IMG/VR virus record: IMGVR_UViG_3300042383_000120
Coordinates: 1,598-65,597 of that record
DNA from: a virus
Lineage: Duplodnaviria > Caudoviricetes
Reading direction: 5' to 3' (one strand)
Length of the DNA: 64,000 nt
Shown here: piece by piece, positions 29,293-39,786 of the stretch
Layout: every line of letters starts with the position of its first letter
How positions within the stretch are numbered: position 1 is the first letter of the stretch
Notes under the pieces: generated by a model
The model's input: only the letters and a program-made list of their open reading frames with translations
Told to the model about the DNA's origin: nothing
Databases searched by the model: none
Made by a program: the position numbers and the translations under genes

Positions 29293-32046
29293 TTACGCAC
29301 AATAGGTCACGATGCGGACGTAACCAGCGCCACCAGTGCCGGAGGTTGCCAAGCCATCTCCACCGCCACCGCCCCCGCCACGGGTTCCATTGGTTGAGGC
29401 AATCCCGCCCGGTCCCGCTATTGATGATCCACCAAGGGTTTCTGCGATGTTGTAAGCAGCGTTTGCTGCTCCGTTGCCGCCTCCTCCCAAGCTTCCAGTA
29501 ATTACTTGAGCGCCAGTGCCAGACCCAGTGCCACCTGTTGCGCCGCCACCAGTAGCAGATGCGTGAGCGCCAAAGGACGAGGTTCCACCAGAACCTCCGT
29601 TTGCTGCGCCCGCCGCCCCAATAGTGACGGTCTCGGTAGCCCCGAGGGCAGACGCAATCTTTGAAAGAATAGCAGCGCCACCGGCACTTCCACCGCTGCC
29701 AGATGCTCTAGGGGTGCCGCACATTACGAATGGTGTTCCGGGCCGTCCTCCCTGACCGCCGCCGACGACCGTGATCTCCGAATAGATCGCATCCGTGGGC
29801 TTGTTCCATGTAAATGGGCCGCCAGCAGTCGTAAACTCCTGAACGTCTACAGTCAAAGCTTTGATAGCTTCGAAGGTTCGCAGCGGAGTCATCAGGGTCG
29901 TGTTATCGGTTCCAGCCTCAGCCTGAGCCTGAGATGATAGATTTGCGCTCGTGTATCTGGCGCTTAGCTGCGTCTGGATGGCAGAAGTGACGCCTGAGAC
30001 ATACCCTAGCTCAGTGGAGGTAACGGAGCTTGCAGCAACCTTGCCGGAGCCATCCGAGGCAAGGGCTCTGGACGCAGTGAGGTCGGAGCTCGTGATTGTG
30101 GAGGCTGCGCCAGTGATAGCGGCCTGCGCCCCCAGATTAGTTCTGGCCCCTGCAGCATCAGAAGCGCCAGTGCCTCCATCAGCCACCGCCAAGTCCGTGA
30201 TGCCGGAGATAGAGCCTCCGGTAATAGAAACCGAAGCGGAGTTCTGGGTGGCAATGGTGCCGAGACCCAACGAAGACCGGGCCGTGGAGTCTGTCTGACC
30301 CACCCACGTCGATCCATTGCCCACGATAAAGGCACCGCCCGTGGGCGTGAGGGCCGCAATTGCGGTGAGGTCTGCATCAAGCGGCTGCTTGCCATTCAGC
30401 TGCGTCTGGATAGCCGACGTCACGCCATCCGTGTAGTTGAGCTCCGCCACAGTGGATGTCAGTCCCGTCAGCGTGGTCGCGGTAGAGGCAGTGGCGGCGA
30501 GGGTTGCATTGGTCGCGGTGCCAGTCAGGTCCGCAACGACGGTCCCCACGGTAAGGGTGTTCGTAGACGGGTTGTAGGTGAACGTGCCAGTGGAGTCCTG
30601 CAGCAGCCCGTAATACCCGGTCGTTGAGGCCGTGGTGTCGCCAAACGGAACCTTGAAGGCGCTCGCCGCGGACGAGGTCGTGACCTTTACGGTGTCAGCC
30701 TGCGCGGTCGTTGAGCTCGCGGTGGTAAACGTAAGGGCACCGGCACCGTTGGTGGTCATATACTGACCGTTGGTACCGTCTGTGACTGGCAGGTTGAACG
30801 CGGCTGCAAAGTTCTTGAGGTTGACCGTGAGACCGAGATTAACCAGAGCACCGTCTGCCGTCGAAGACCCTGTGCCGCCGTCGGCAATAGCCAGATCAGT
30901 GATGCCGGAAACGGACCCACCAGTAATCGCAACTGCTGAGGAGTTCTGCGTGGCCATGGTCCCGAGGCCAAGGTTCGTGCGAGCATCAGATGCCGTCGAG
31001 GCACCAGTGCCCCCGTCAGCCACAGCAAGATCAGTGATGCCAGTGATCGAGCCGCCAGTGATGGACACCCCACTCGCCGCTTGTGTTGCCATAGTGCCGA
31101 GACCGAGATTTGTTCTGGCCCCAGAAGCGTCAGACGCACCCGTCCCGCCATCGGCAACAGCGATGTCAGTGATTCCAGTAACCGATCCTCCAGTGATTGC
31201 TACCGCGGAGGCGTTCTGGGTTGCCATCGTGCCGAGGCCAAGCGACGTGCGGGCCGTCGCGCCGCTCTCTGCGACCCAAGTCGTTCCGTTTCCAACAATG
31301 AAGTTGCTGTCGGTCACGGCAAGGGAGGCTATGGCGGTGAGCTCAGCGTCGTAAGCCTGCACGTCGGTGCCGATTGCCAGCCCAAGGTTGGTCCTAGCCG
31401 TAGCCGCGTTTGAGGCCCCCGTGCCGCCGTCTGCGATAGCGATGTCAGTGACGCCTGTGATAGACCCGCCAGTTATAGAAACAGAGGACGCAGCCTGAGT
31501 GGCCATGGTCCCGAGGCCGAGGTTGGTACGTGCGTCAGCTGCCGTAGAAGCCCCGGTGCCCCCGTCAGCGAGGGCGAGGTCTGTGATCCCTGTGATCGTA
31601 CCGCCCGTGATCTTCACCGAGTTCATGGCAAAGTTGTCGGTCAGGTTGACGACCCCGGCAGCGCCGCCGCCACCGTCAGAGTAAATAATCGCAGTGTCGC
31701 CATTTGCGATAGTGACGCTTGTGCCCGATCCTTGGGTGAACACCACCGACTGACCGGACAGGTTGTAGACAAAATAAATCTTCTGGGCGTCATTGGGCGC
31801 TATGGTGATCGTGTGCGTACCACTCGGGGTACCGCCGAGGATTAGGGCCTTGTATTGCCCGTCGGACAAGGTGCCGTCAGAGGTGGTCAGCGTTGATGTC
31901 GTGCCGCTCAGGGGTAGACTGAGAGAGCCGTTAATGGCGCGGTCAAGGATGTTCATGTTGTCGTTGACAACATCACCCCAGATGCCGTCCTGCTCACCAT
32001 CCGCCGGGAGTTCGACCCCAAGGTTATTAGTATATGTACTAGGCAT
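29293..32046 (-). CDS. Tail fibre protein with 45-aa repeats and Gly-rich C-terminal domain
   Basis: MPSTYT..LG.E..GE..G.WG N-terminus; six ADGGTGAS..ARTNLGL repeats; F...G.FTW.KP..VVGGG.GG C-domain. Confidence 0.82.
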   Translation of the reverse strand: MPSTYTNNLGVELPADGEQDGIWGDVVNDNMNILDRAINGSLSLPLSGTTSTLTTSDGTLSDGQYKALILGGTPSGTHTITIAPNDAQKIYFVYNLSGQSVVFTQGSGTSVTIANGDTAIIYSDGGGGAAGVVNLTDNFAMNSVKITGGTITGITDLALADGGTGASTAADARTNLGLGTMATQAASSVSITGGSITGVTDIAIADGGTGASNAATARTNLGLAIGTDVQAYDAELTAIASLAVTDSNFIVGNGTTWVAESGATARTSLGLGTMATQNASAVAITGGSVTGITDIAVADGGTGASDASGARTNLGLGTMATQAASGVSITGGSITGITDLAVADGGTGASTASDARTNLGLGTMATQNSSAVAITGGSVSGITDLAIADGGTGSSTADGALVNLGLTVNLKNFAAAFNLPVTDGTNGQYMTTNGAGALTFTTASSTTAQADTVKVTTSSAASAFKVPFGDTTASTTGYYGLLQDSTGTFTYNPSTNTLTVGTVVADLTGTATNATLAATASTATTLTGLTSTVAELNYTDGVTSAIQTQLNGKQPLDADLTAIAALTPTGGAFIVGNGSTWVGQTDSTARSSLGLGTIATQNSASVSITGGSISGITDLAVADGGTGASDAAGARTNLGAQAAITGAASTITSSDLTASRALASDGSGKVAASSVTSTELGYVSGVTSAIQTQLSARYTSANLSSQAQAEAGTDNTTLMTPLRTFEAIKALTVDVQEFTTAGGPFTWNKPTDAIYSEITVVGGGQGGRPGTPFVMCGTPRASGSGGSAGGAAILSKIASALGATETVTIGAAGAANGGSGGTSSFGAHASATGGGATGGTGSGTGAQVITGSLGGGGNGAANAAYNIAETLGGSSIAGPGGIASTNGTRGGGGGGGDGLATSGTGGAGYVRIVTYCA
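30120..31615 (-). repeat. Coding repeat, 135-bp unit (ITGGSITGITDLAVADGGTGASxAxxARTNLGLGTMATQ), six copies
   Basis: DGGT codons at about 30170, 30872, 31007, 31142, 31421 and 31556 (135-bp spacing within clusters). Confidence 0.85.
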
Positions 32047-32055
32047 AGGTCATCC

Positions 32056-33078
32056 TCACGCCGCGATGGTTGTCCAGATGGTCGCCGGTACAGGCTCCAC
32101 CTCTGTCCATGGATTTATAGCATCTGGATCGACCTCCGTCCACGCCGAACCGGGGGATGGAGATATCGCCGCCCAAGATGTGGGCGGTACCGGATTGAGT
32201 GGGTCCCAAGACGTGCCCGGGTTTGGAACGATCTGTCCCCAGACAATGACCTGACCGACGCGCCCTGTGGCGCTGACGCCAAGCGGAATGACGACTGCGG
32301 AGCCAGTGACAGTGACGGAGCCGACAGCGCCAGAAGCAGAGACACCAACAACCGGGACATCAGCGCCAGCCTCAATGGTGACGTTGCCGACAGCAGCAGA
32401 AGCAGATACGCCCGTTGGAAGGACTAGGGCAGAGCCCGTAGCAACAGCGGTCCCGAGCTGCGCGGTGGCGGAAACCCCTGTGACCTGCACGTCCGCGCCC
32501 GCGGCGATAGCTACGCTGCCAACCTGCCCGGACGCCGAAACATCAGTCGGGAGCACGAGGGCAGTACCCGTAGCGGTGAGTGTGCCGACCTGCCCAGAGC
32601 CTTCCACGCCCGTAGGCAGCACGAGAGCAGTGCCAGTAGCAGTAGCCGTGCCAACCTGATTGGTTGCCGAAACACCGTCAGGGAAGACGTTGGCCGCGGC
32701 GGACACAGCAACGGTTCCCAAGGACGCAGTTGCGGAGACGCCATCAGGGAGGATCGTAGCGCCGCCCGTGACCACGACATCACCGACAAAGACTGCGGCC
32801 TCGACGCCAGAGACATCCACATCGGCATTGGCTTGGACCGTGACGGAGCCAACACCTGCGGATGCGGAGACCCCAGAGACGAAAACGAGAGCGGTGCCTG
32901 TAACGACGACGGAGCCAAGGTCAGCGGAGGCGGAGACGCCCGTGAGGATGGCCGCGGCAGGAGCACTGACGCCCCCAACAGCGGTGCCCGCGGAGACACC
33001 GAGGACACTTACAATGACATCAGCAGCTTCGCCGAGGTCCGAGAACGGGGCCGCGGAGAAGGGACTAAAGCCAAACAT
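32056..33078 (-). CDS. Val/Ala/Gly-rich repeat virion protein
   Basis: MFGFSPFSAAPF start; about ten 25-aa GVSA..VG.V.V repeats; Trp/Pro repeats at the C-terminus; AGGAGG RBS. Confidence 0.75.
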   Translation of the reverse strand: MFGFSPFSAAPFSDLGEAADVIVSVLGVSAGTAVGGVSAPAAAILTGVSASADLGSVVVTGTALVFVSGVSASAGVGSVTVQANADVDVSGVEAAVFVGDVVVTGGATILPDGVSATASLGTVAVSAAANVFPDGVSATNQVGTATATGTALVLPTGVEGSGQVGTLTATGTALVLPTDVSASGQVGSVAIAAGADVQVTGVSATAQLGTAVATGSALVLPTGVSASAAVGNVTIEAGADVPVVGVSASGAVGSVTVTGSAVVIPLGVSATGRVGQVIVWGQIVPNPGTSWDPLNPVPPTSWAAISPSPGSAWTEVDPDAINPWTEVEPVPATIWTTIAA

Positions 33079-33131
33079 GATGTCCCTCCTCTCTCGGGCT
33101 TACGGCACTATACCACGGGGTGTGGTCATGG

Positions 33132-33533
33132 TCACTCCGGCTTTGTTGGCCAGACCACGCTGTGCGGGAAGCCGGACTGCGCCGTGATGTCGAGAAGTGC
33201 GCGGCGGTAGGCTGCCCACTCGGCCTGCTTTTCGGCAGTTAGATCGGCCCAGCGGAGCGGGTTGCTGACAACGGGGTCAACCTCATATGCCAGCTTGTAA
33301 TCACGTTCTGCGCGGACAGCTTCTGCGGCTGCGGCGTCAAGCTCTGCCTGCGTCGGAGGAACGTAGGCTGCGGTCTCAGGGTCTGCGTCCATTTGAGCGT
33401 GAAGCGTAACTACGTCGATCTGCGCCCCGGTGTCGTTTGGGTTACAGGTGAAGGGTATCCAGCCAAAGATTTCATGCTCGATTTCGCAGTCGATCCAGCC
33501 GTTTGCGAGGCGCTTTGCGTTGCGGTAGTTCAC
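33132..33533 (-). CDS. Tail fibre assembly chaperone
   Basis: IDCEIEH..FGWIPFT; RAERD..L; W..YR.ALLDIT.Q.GFP..V.WP.KP. Confidence 0.8.
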   Translation of the reverse strand: MNYRNAKRLANGWIDCEIEHEIFGWIPFTCNPNDTGAQIDVVTLHAQMDADPETAAYVPPTQAELDAAAAEAVRAERDYKLAYEVDPVVSNPLRWADLTAEKQAEWAAYRRALLDITAQSGFPHSVVWPTKPE

Positions 33534-33534
33534 G

Positions 33535-36500
33535 TTAGGAAATCCTCAAGAAGACGGTAGAACCTTGTCTTTGCGAACCTGCGCCTCCGCCACTGGAGAT
33601 GTTTTGCAAGTAACCCATGTTTCTCCACGTCCCGGACGGGGTTCCACTTGAAGGTACAACCGGGGATGAGCCCGAGGTAGTTGCGCTGGCACCAGCATAA
33701 CGAAGGTTTGACCCTGCAAAAGTGTTTCCAGCGGCATAGTCAGTGTCTGTGTCCAGGGCTAAAACAAGGAACGCGTAGCTGCCAACCGCACCAGCGGCCA
33801 AGTCAGCCGTGGCCGAACCAACCTGTGCGGATGTCGGAGCGGGAAGGCTCGTTAGGCTGGCACCGCTGCCAGCAAAAGCCGTGGCGGTTACTGAACCAGC
33901 CATAGTCAGGTTGCCCGACATGTCCATCTGGAGGCGGTTTGCTGGAGCCGACCACCCCCCAATGCGGAACACGTTGTCGCTGTCTAGGCCCATGTTGACG
34001 GCGTAGGACCCGCCGCGATGGAACGACATGACAGCACCATTGCCGCCAGTGGAGTAGGCTTGTAGAGATGCGTTGCCTACCGACGCCCCGGTGTCTTGAC
34101 TCGAGGTGAAGTACGACTGACCATTCACTGTGCCGCCAGTCAGGGGGAGGGCATAGGAGCCGTAGTTGCCGCTGTCCAGAACGGTACGCCAAGACTGCCA
34201 AGTCCCGTTGTTCTTGCCACGAAGAGCAATCTGGCCGGACCTGTAGTCAGCGGCAATCTGATGCTGCCAAGAAGAGCTATACGCCTGAGAGTACAGAGCA
34301 CCGTCGGTGGCGTTGCCAGTGAAGTTCGGGACACCAGCCGTGTAGTAGGTGATGCCGTTGCTGTCCAAGGTGTCTGCGTTGACAGCGGAATTGGAGCCGG
34401 TGTTTCTAAAGCCAAACCCATCAATCTGGTCAGCCGTCGTCGCGGTCGCGGCGTTGCCCGTGATATTGATGCCCCAGTTACCCGAGGCACCAGAGCCAGT
34501 CAGGGAGGGGGCGTAGGAGGTGTAGTTGCTACTGTCCAGAACGGTGGCCTGAGTACCGCCGCCGTAGGTGTTCTTGAAGCAGTAGAGGGTTCCGCCCTGC
34601 CAGTAGAACTGCCATCCATAGCCGTTCCTATGGAAGCCGGAGAGGTTTCCGTCCGTAGCCTGCATGAGACTGGTGCTTGAGTCCTCAAACTCCAAGCCAG
34701 CCCAGCCGTTGCGGGTGCCGATGACCTTCCAAGAGCCATACGTCCCGTTGTTGGGGAAAATATGTGCGTTATTGGTGGTGGAGTAGATGCCGTAACTCCC
34801 GTTGAACTGTATCCAGTTGTCAGGGATGAGGTACCCGCTGCCGTTCCGGGCGGCGGTGTAGGTGGTGAGGTTGCCGCTATGGACGACGGCCCTCCAAGGA
34901 TTTAGCGTGTTGGTGTCTCCGTTCCGAGTCCTGAACGCCAGATCATTGCCGCCGTTGTACGTGGCATTGAGCCACAGGTCATAGCCTCCACCAGTGCTGA
35001 ACCGAGCGACAGGGCCGGTATACGGGGCATTGACCGAGTACGTGAACCCCGTGGAGTTGCTATCCATAGTGTTCGCGTCAAGGGTGAAGCCTTGATAGTA
35101 CATGATGTTGGAGGGCTTGCTGGAGACGTTACCCCAAGCAACGGAGCCTGCGCTGTCGGCATAACCTGCTCGTGTCTTTCTCCACGACCCCCAAGAGCCA
35201 CCCTCCCGATCACGCACATAAATGTAGGTGTTTGCGTCTTGCGCGGCGCGGGGCCAGTAGAACTGAGAGCCGTACTGGGACAGTGGGTAATCGTTCCCAA
35301 GGCCCATAGTGAAGCCATAGAATTGATCCGATGTGTCCACGGTCGGACCATTTGTGCCACCTTGGAGGTATCTGGCACCAAAATCAGAAACTGCGTTAAA
35401 GTCTGTCTGGGTGTTGTGGTTTTGCCCCATATTGTTGTAGAACTGCGGCGGCGAAAGCCCATCTACTGAGCCTGCATCTCCCGTGATGGAAATGCCCCAA
35501 GTGCCAGTGTTCTGGACATACTGTGTGCCAGTGTTGTCCGCTCCGCCCTTCCACAAGTCTCCATCAGGCCCCATGACGGCAACAATAGAACTCGCACCAT
35601 TTCCAAAGGTGACGCCGTTAGTCCCGGCGTAATAATTCAAATAGGTGGCATTGGCGGAGGCGGCGGGGTCAAGGTGAAGGTTTCCATCCGTAGTGACGAC
35701 GGACGCCATTTCTGTCCCGGTCGCCGTGCGGCCATTGCCTCCCACGCGCAGTGAGCTGCCCCAAGTGGAGTTCGGGCCGAAGGTCATGTGGCTGTCGCCC
35801 GGAACCCCGATGTTGGCCCCCAGAGAGATCGAGCCGCCCTGCGGATCAAGGCTTATGTTGGTCGCGTTAAGAGTCAAGCTGCCGTAGGTTGATGTTCCCC
35901 GATTGTAGGACAGAACATATGCAGTGCCACCGGATACGCCGACCTCCGCTGCAAGCGCATTGTTTCCAGAGCCACCTCCATACCAACCCGTGAAGCGACC
36001 TTGCCCTGTAGCGGCGATGTCCCCGCTAAAGTTTCGCTGGGAGGTGGTCGCAGCGTTGCCCGTGACGTTGATCGCCCAGTTACCCGAGGCTCCAGTGCCG
36101 GTGAGGGACGGGGCGTAGGAGTTGTAGCTGGCGCTGGTGAGAAGTTCGCTCCAGCTGGTCGACCCGTTATTGTTCGTGTTCCTCATGTACCATTGCTGGG
36201 TGAAGAAGCCGCCAGCAAGCTGCATCGAGAAGTAGTTTGAGTCGTTGCTGTGGGTGGAGGCAATCATGTGTTGCCACGTGCCATCGTTCCGTGGCCATCC
36301 CTCGGCGGTCGTCCCGGTGTCGTGCTCGTAGAACCCAGACTCCGTCCGTGTCGTGATGTCGGCCTTGTTTACGGCGTCCCCAGAGAACGTCGGATTTGTA
36401 GTGCTGGCGGAGGTTGTCGCGGACGTAGCGGTCGCGGCGTTTCCACTGATCGCGATGTTCCACGTCCCCGAAGCGCCCCCACCCGTCTTGGTCGGTGCGT

Positions 36501-38163
36501 CGTTGGCGATCTCAGCGTTCACGAAGGCCGTGGTGGCAATCTGCGTGGTGTCGGTGCCCACAGAGGCTGTCGGGGCAGTCGGGGTACCACTGAGCGCCGG
36601 AGAGGCAAGTGGGGCCTTTGCATTGAGCTGCGTTTGGATCGCCGACGTAACGCCAGATGTATAGTTCAGCTCGGTCGCCGTGGCGGTGAGGCCAAGGTTA
36701 TTTAGCGCTTGACCAGCGGTGGTCGCGCCCGTGCCGCCATTCGCTATGGCTACGGTTCCAGTGACGTTGCTTGCAGTCCCGGTAACAGAGATACCCCAAG
36801 AGCCAGAGGCACCCACACCCGTCGTGCTGGGGGCTCCAATCAGCGACGGAGTGACGGTGACGGAGGCCAACCCAGTGACGTGACCAAAGGTGTCGAGGGT
36901 GACGTCCTGAACGAATGTAGCACCGCTGTTGTCCACGCTCGACTGCGAGGACGTGTCAGCGTGGGAAAGGCCACTTGCGTCCTGAGTCAGGCCGCTACCA
37001 GCGGCAACGGAGAAGGTCGTACCCGCAAGGCCAATACCGTTGCCAGCCGAGTAGGTCGTGTCGGTCGAGGTGATCGTGAAGTTCGGGTATGTTCCCGAGA
37101 TCGACGTCGCTCCGCCCTGCGTCAGCGTGACCGTCTGGTCGGGGGCGGTGTTTGTGATGACGTTGTTGGTGACGGAGATGGCCGTGCCAGCCGTGTAGAC
37201 CGCCGTGGCTGCGATCTGCGTGAACGTGATGTTCGTCGTACCGAAGGTGATGGTGCCCTCGGTGTTGCAGACATAGAGCTCACCAGCGCCTGTGTTGCCC
37301 TGTTGCACGAAGAATGCGTCACCAGCACCCAGTGCATCAGGGTCGCTGGGGCCATAGCTGTCGGTGTCCGTCGAGCGGGTCAGGACCCAGTTTGTGCTGC
37401 CTGAGCCCGTGCTGGTGACGACATAGACGCCGTTCTGGGTCTGGTCGGTCTGCTCATACACCAGAACGCGGTCGTTGGTGGCCACGGTCACACCGTCGAT
37501 CACAAGGGCGACCTGCGTCCCAGCGTTGGTCAGGGTGGCTCCAACACCAGAGGTGCCGTTGTTGTACGTCGCGTTCAGGTTGGCCGGATTCTCAACCCGC
37601 ACAGGCGCGTGGTAGTGGATGCCCGCCGAGGCAATGGTGTCCACATACTCCTTGGTCGCCGCCTGCAGCGGCAGGGTCGGGTCGGCAGGTAGCAGGATCG
37701 GCACCGTCGTCGTGATGGTGCTGTTCTCGACCTTGAGGCGCTCAGTGCCCCCGGTCTCCACGGACACAGTGTCAGCTGCGGGGAAGCGGATGGCAGTGTT
37801 GGTGTCGCCGTCATGGATAATCTTGTCAGAGACAAGAAGGTCGCCATTGGCGTCCAGATAGACGGACTTCGATGCGGCGTAGGAGATGAAGATGTTCTTG
37901 ACACCGGCACCCCAGCTCACGGCAGAGCCGCCGTTGCTGGACGCGAGGATCGTCGTTCGGGCTAGGGTTGGCCCCGTGGTCGAGTAAGTGCCAATACCGA
38001 CCTCCCAGTCGGTGTCATTGGTGATCGCGTAGTATGTCGTGTCCCCATCGGCCATCACAGCCCCAAAGGACTGATAGCCAGTGGCGGCACCTAGCAGGGC
38101 ATAACTGGACGTGCCTGTGGTGCTCGTGGTTTCTTGGACACGATCAGCTACTACGAGAGCCAT
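33535..38163 (-). CDS. Long modular tail fibre / receptor-binding protein
   Basis: MALVVADRVQET N-terminus; DRVLV..Q....NGVY segment; repeated GASGxWxIxxTGNA linkers; followed by a chaperone gene. Confidence 0.85.
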   Translation of the reverse strand: MALVVADRVQETTSTTGTSSYALLGAATGYQSFGAVMADGDTTYYAITNDTDWEVGIGTYSTTGPTLARTTILASSNGGSAVSWGAGVKNIFISYAASKSVYLDANGDLLVSDKIIHDGDTNTAIRFPAADTVSVETGGTERLKVENSTITTTVPILLPADPTLPLQAATKEYVDTIASAGIHYHAPVRVENPANLNATYNNGTSGVGATLTNAGTQVALVIDGVTVATNDRVLVYEQTDQTQNGVYVVTSTGSGSTNWVLTRSTDTDSYGPSDPDALGAGDAFFVQQGNTGAGELYVCNTEGTITFGTTNITFTQIAATAVYTAGTAISVTNNVITNTAPDQTVTLTQGGATSISGTYPNFTITSTDTTYSAGNGIGLAGTTFSVAAGSGLTQDASGLSHADTSSQSSVDNSGATFVQDVTLDTFGHVTGLASVTVTPSLIGAPSTTGVGASGSWGISVTGTASNVTGTVAIANGGTGATTAGQALNNLGLTATATELNYTSGVTSAIQTQLNAKAPLASPALSGTPTAPTASVGTDTTQIATTAFVNAEIANDAPTKTGGGASGTWNIAISGNAATATSATTSASTTNPTFSGDAVNKADITTRTESGFYEHDTGTTAEGWPRNDGTWQHMIASTHSNDSNYFSMQLAGGFFTQQWYMRNTNNNGSTSWSELLTSASYNSYAPSLTGTGASGNWAINVTGNAATTSQRNFSGDIAATGQGRFTGWYGGGSGNNALAAEVGVSGGTAYVLSYNRGTSTYGSLTLNATNISLDPQGGSISLGANIGVPGDSHMTFGPNSTWGSSLRVGGNGRTATGTEMASVVTTDGNLHLDPAASANATYLNYYAGTNGVTFGNGASSIVAVMGPDGDLWKGGADNTGTQYVQNTGTWGISITGDAGSVDGLSPPQFYNNMGQNHNTQTDFNAVSDFGARYLQGGTNGPTVDTSDQFYGFTMGLGNDYPLSQYGSQFYWPRAAQDANTYIYVRDREGGSWGSWRKTRAGYADSAGSVAWGNVSSKPSNIMYYQGFTLDANTMDSNSTGFTYSVNAPYTGPVARFSTGGGYDLWLNATYNGGNDLAFRTRNGDTNTLNPWRAVVHSGNLTTYTAARNGSGYLIPDNWIQFNGSYGIYSTTNNAHIFPNNGTYGSWKVIGTRNGWAGLEFEDSSTSLMQATDGNLSGFHRNGYGWQFYWQGGTLYCFKNTYGGGTQATVLDSSNYTSYAPSLTGSGASGNWGINITGNAATATTADQIDGFGFRNTGSNSAVNADTLDSNGITYYTAGVPNFTGNATDGALYSQAYSSSWQHQIAADYRSGQIALRGKNNGTWQSWRTVLDSGNYGSYALPLTGGTVNGQSYFTSSQDTGASVGNASLQAYSTGGNGAVMSFHRGGSYAVNMGLDSDNVFRIGGWSAPANRLQMDMSGNLTMAGSVTATAFAGSGASLTSLPAPTSAQVGSATADLAAGAVGSYAFLVLALDTDTDYAAGNTFAGSNLRYAGASATTSGSSPVVPSSGTPSGTWRNMGYLQNISSGGGAGSQRQGSTVFLRIS

Positions 38164-38172
38164 GGCAGCTCC

Positions 38173-38616
38173 TTATGCGATACGGATGATTGCGTTCGAG
38201 GCGTCCGCCGTGGGGAACTGGATGGTGAAGGTGCCCGACGTGGAAATCTTGTCGCCGCCGAAGTCCAGCACCGCCACCGCAGGGTTGGTGTAGGTGTGGG
38301 TCGGGGTCGAGTTATAGATCAGAGCGCCACGAGCGTTGATGGTTGCCGACGTGAACGAGATGTCGTCGAAGTCCGTGAACGCAGTGGTGCCCGAGGTGGT
38401 CGGGGTGACGTTGGTCAGGTTCCCGCCGCCAGCCGAGTAGCTACCGGAGTTTGCGACCTCGTTGCTTGAGGTGTAAGCGGTGGTGGTAGCGTCCAAAGTC
38501 GCTGCGCTCGAGTAGAGGGCGATCTTGAAGACGTCGCCACCGCTCGAGCGGAAGTCATGGACTGCCTCTAGGAGCTGGTCCTTGAACGAAGTGCACATTG
38601 CCTGAGTGATTGCCAT
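38173..38616 (-). CDS. Virion structural protein
   Basis: MAITQAMCTSFK..L...HDF..FKIALY..FTIQFP..A..AIIRIA family pattern. Confidence 0.75.
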   Translation of the reverse strand: MAITQAMCTSFKDQLLEAVHDFRSSGGDVFKIALYSSAATLDATTTAYTSSNEVANSGSYSAGGGNLTNVTPTTSGTTAFTDFDDISFTSATINARGALIYNSTPTHTYTNPAVAVLDFGGDKISTSGTFTIQFPTADASNAIIRIA

Positions 38617-38625
38617 CGCGGCCTC

Positions 38626-38910
38626 CTATAGCTTTTGAATGGCCGCAGCCAGTTGTGGGTGCCCAGCCTCTACGAGCGCATTATACACGGTAACGCGGTC
38701 GTTGGTAACTGCCTCTTTCATATAGCGCGTGACCACGTGCACAATGGCAGCGCGGTAAGCTTTCGCCTGCTCGCGAATGGCCGGATGGGCCTCGTCAGAA
38801 ACACTGATGAGCTTAGCCGCACAAAGTTCAGCCAGCTCCTCGGGTGTGTGCCCGCGGCCCTCGGTGGTGGATACCGACACGACGCCGGGTAAAGCGGACC
38901 CCATAAACAT
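38626..38910 (-). CDS. Hypothetical phage protein
   Basis: V.TT.GRG.TPEE.A pattern; operon-contiguous. Confidence 0.7.
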   Translation of the reverse strand: MFMGSALPGVVSVSTTEGRGHTPEELAELCAAKLISVSDEAHPAIREQAKAYRAAIVHVVTRYMKEAVTNDRVTVYNALVEAGHPQLAAAIQKL

Positions 38911-39557
38911 CAGCCACTCCCAGATTTAACGCCGTCGCGGTAGTCATCCCGCTTAGAGCGTAGATCAATGCCGAAGAGCTGCGCCATAGCTTCCATGTAC
39001 CGATTTGTGTAGAGCTGCAGCATATCGGCGTCACCTTTGAGATAGGTGTAAGCCTCCACGAGGCTGCCGTATAGCAGGGCGGTCTCAGCGTTGGTTCCGA
39101 GCCACGACGTGCCAGTATCCACAATGGACGGCGGGTCGTAGTAGTAATGGAGCTCGACGGTGAACACGCCGCTCGGAGTCGGGCCAAGGATGAAGTTGCC
39201 CTCGGTGCCAACCTGATCGCCGTCGAACTGCGCGTAGTACTTCGGAAGCCCCTGCGTAGACGGACCCGGATAGGCCTCGCGGATGAAGTTGACATCCTTG
39301 TCGTACAGGTAGCTGTAGTTCCCCGAGCCGTCTACGACAGCCAGAGAGAACACGGACAGGAAGTCAGACGGACGGGCAAGATATTGGTTGCCCGTCGTCG
39401 TTGCCGCGGTGACGTTCTTGCGCAGCTCAGGAATCTGCACCGACCGGTAGATGCGCTCCTCGGCCTGCTGAACGAACGTAGGGATGTTCGAGACAAAGCT
39501 CGTTTCCGAGGTCTCGAGATAATCCTGCAGGGCCTGAGTGAGCTCGGTGTAGTTCAT
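38910..39557 (-). CDS. Head-tail adaptor / tail tubular A-like protein
   Basis: MNYTEL...QDY.E..F..AE.RI; PKYYA; LGPTP; LLYGSLVEAY. Confidence 0.72.
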   Translation of the reverse strand: MNYTELTQALQDYLETSETSFVSNIPTFVQQAEERIYRSVQIPELRKNVTAATTTGNQYLARPSDFLSVFSLAVVDGSGNYSYLYDKDVNFIREAYPGPSTQGLPKYYAQFDGDQVGTEGNFILGPTPSGVFTVELHYYYDPPSIVDTGTSWLGTNAETALLYGSLVEAYTYLKGDADMLQLYTNRYMEAMAQLFGIDLRSKRDDYRDGVKSGSG

Positions 39558-39560
39558 CTG

Positions 39561-39785
39561 TTAGCCGTTCTTCCCGTAGGACCCGCCCTTTTTGGCAGCA
39601 CCCATGCCACGGCACTTGCCGCCCATGGCCATCTTCTTGGCAGCCTTGAGGTCTTCTTTGACCGCTTTGGCGTCAGTACCCTTCATGGCGCGCATGAGGT
39701 TGTAGTTTTCCATCAGATCAGCCGGACGGGGCTTCGGGCGAGGCGATTTCATCGGTTTGGCCTTCGGGCGCGGGGACTTGTCCAT
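39561..39785 (-). CDS. Small basic protein
   Basis: KSPRPK repeats; MAMGGK.RGMGAA.KG motif. Confidence 0.7.
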   Translation of the reverse strand: MDKSPRPKAKPMKSPRPKPRPADLMENYNLMRAMKGTDAKAVKEDLKAAKKMAMGGKCRGMGAAKKGGSYGKNG

Positions 39786-39786
39786 C

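Noticed and set aside
29293-38163. Diversity-generating retroelement or invertible tail-fibre shufflon
   Set aside because: No reverse transcriptase or invertase recognised; repeats are direct, in-frame and lack adenine-specific mismatches
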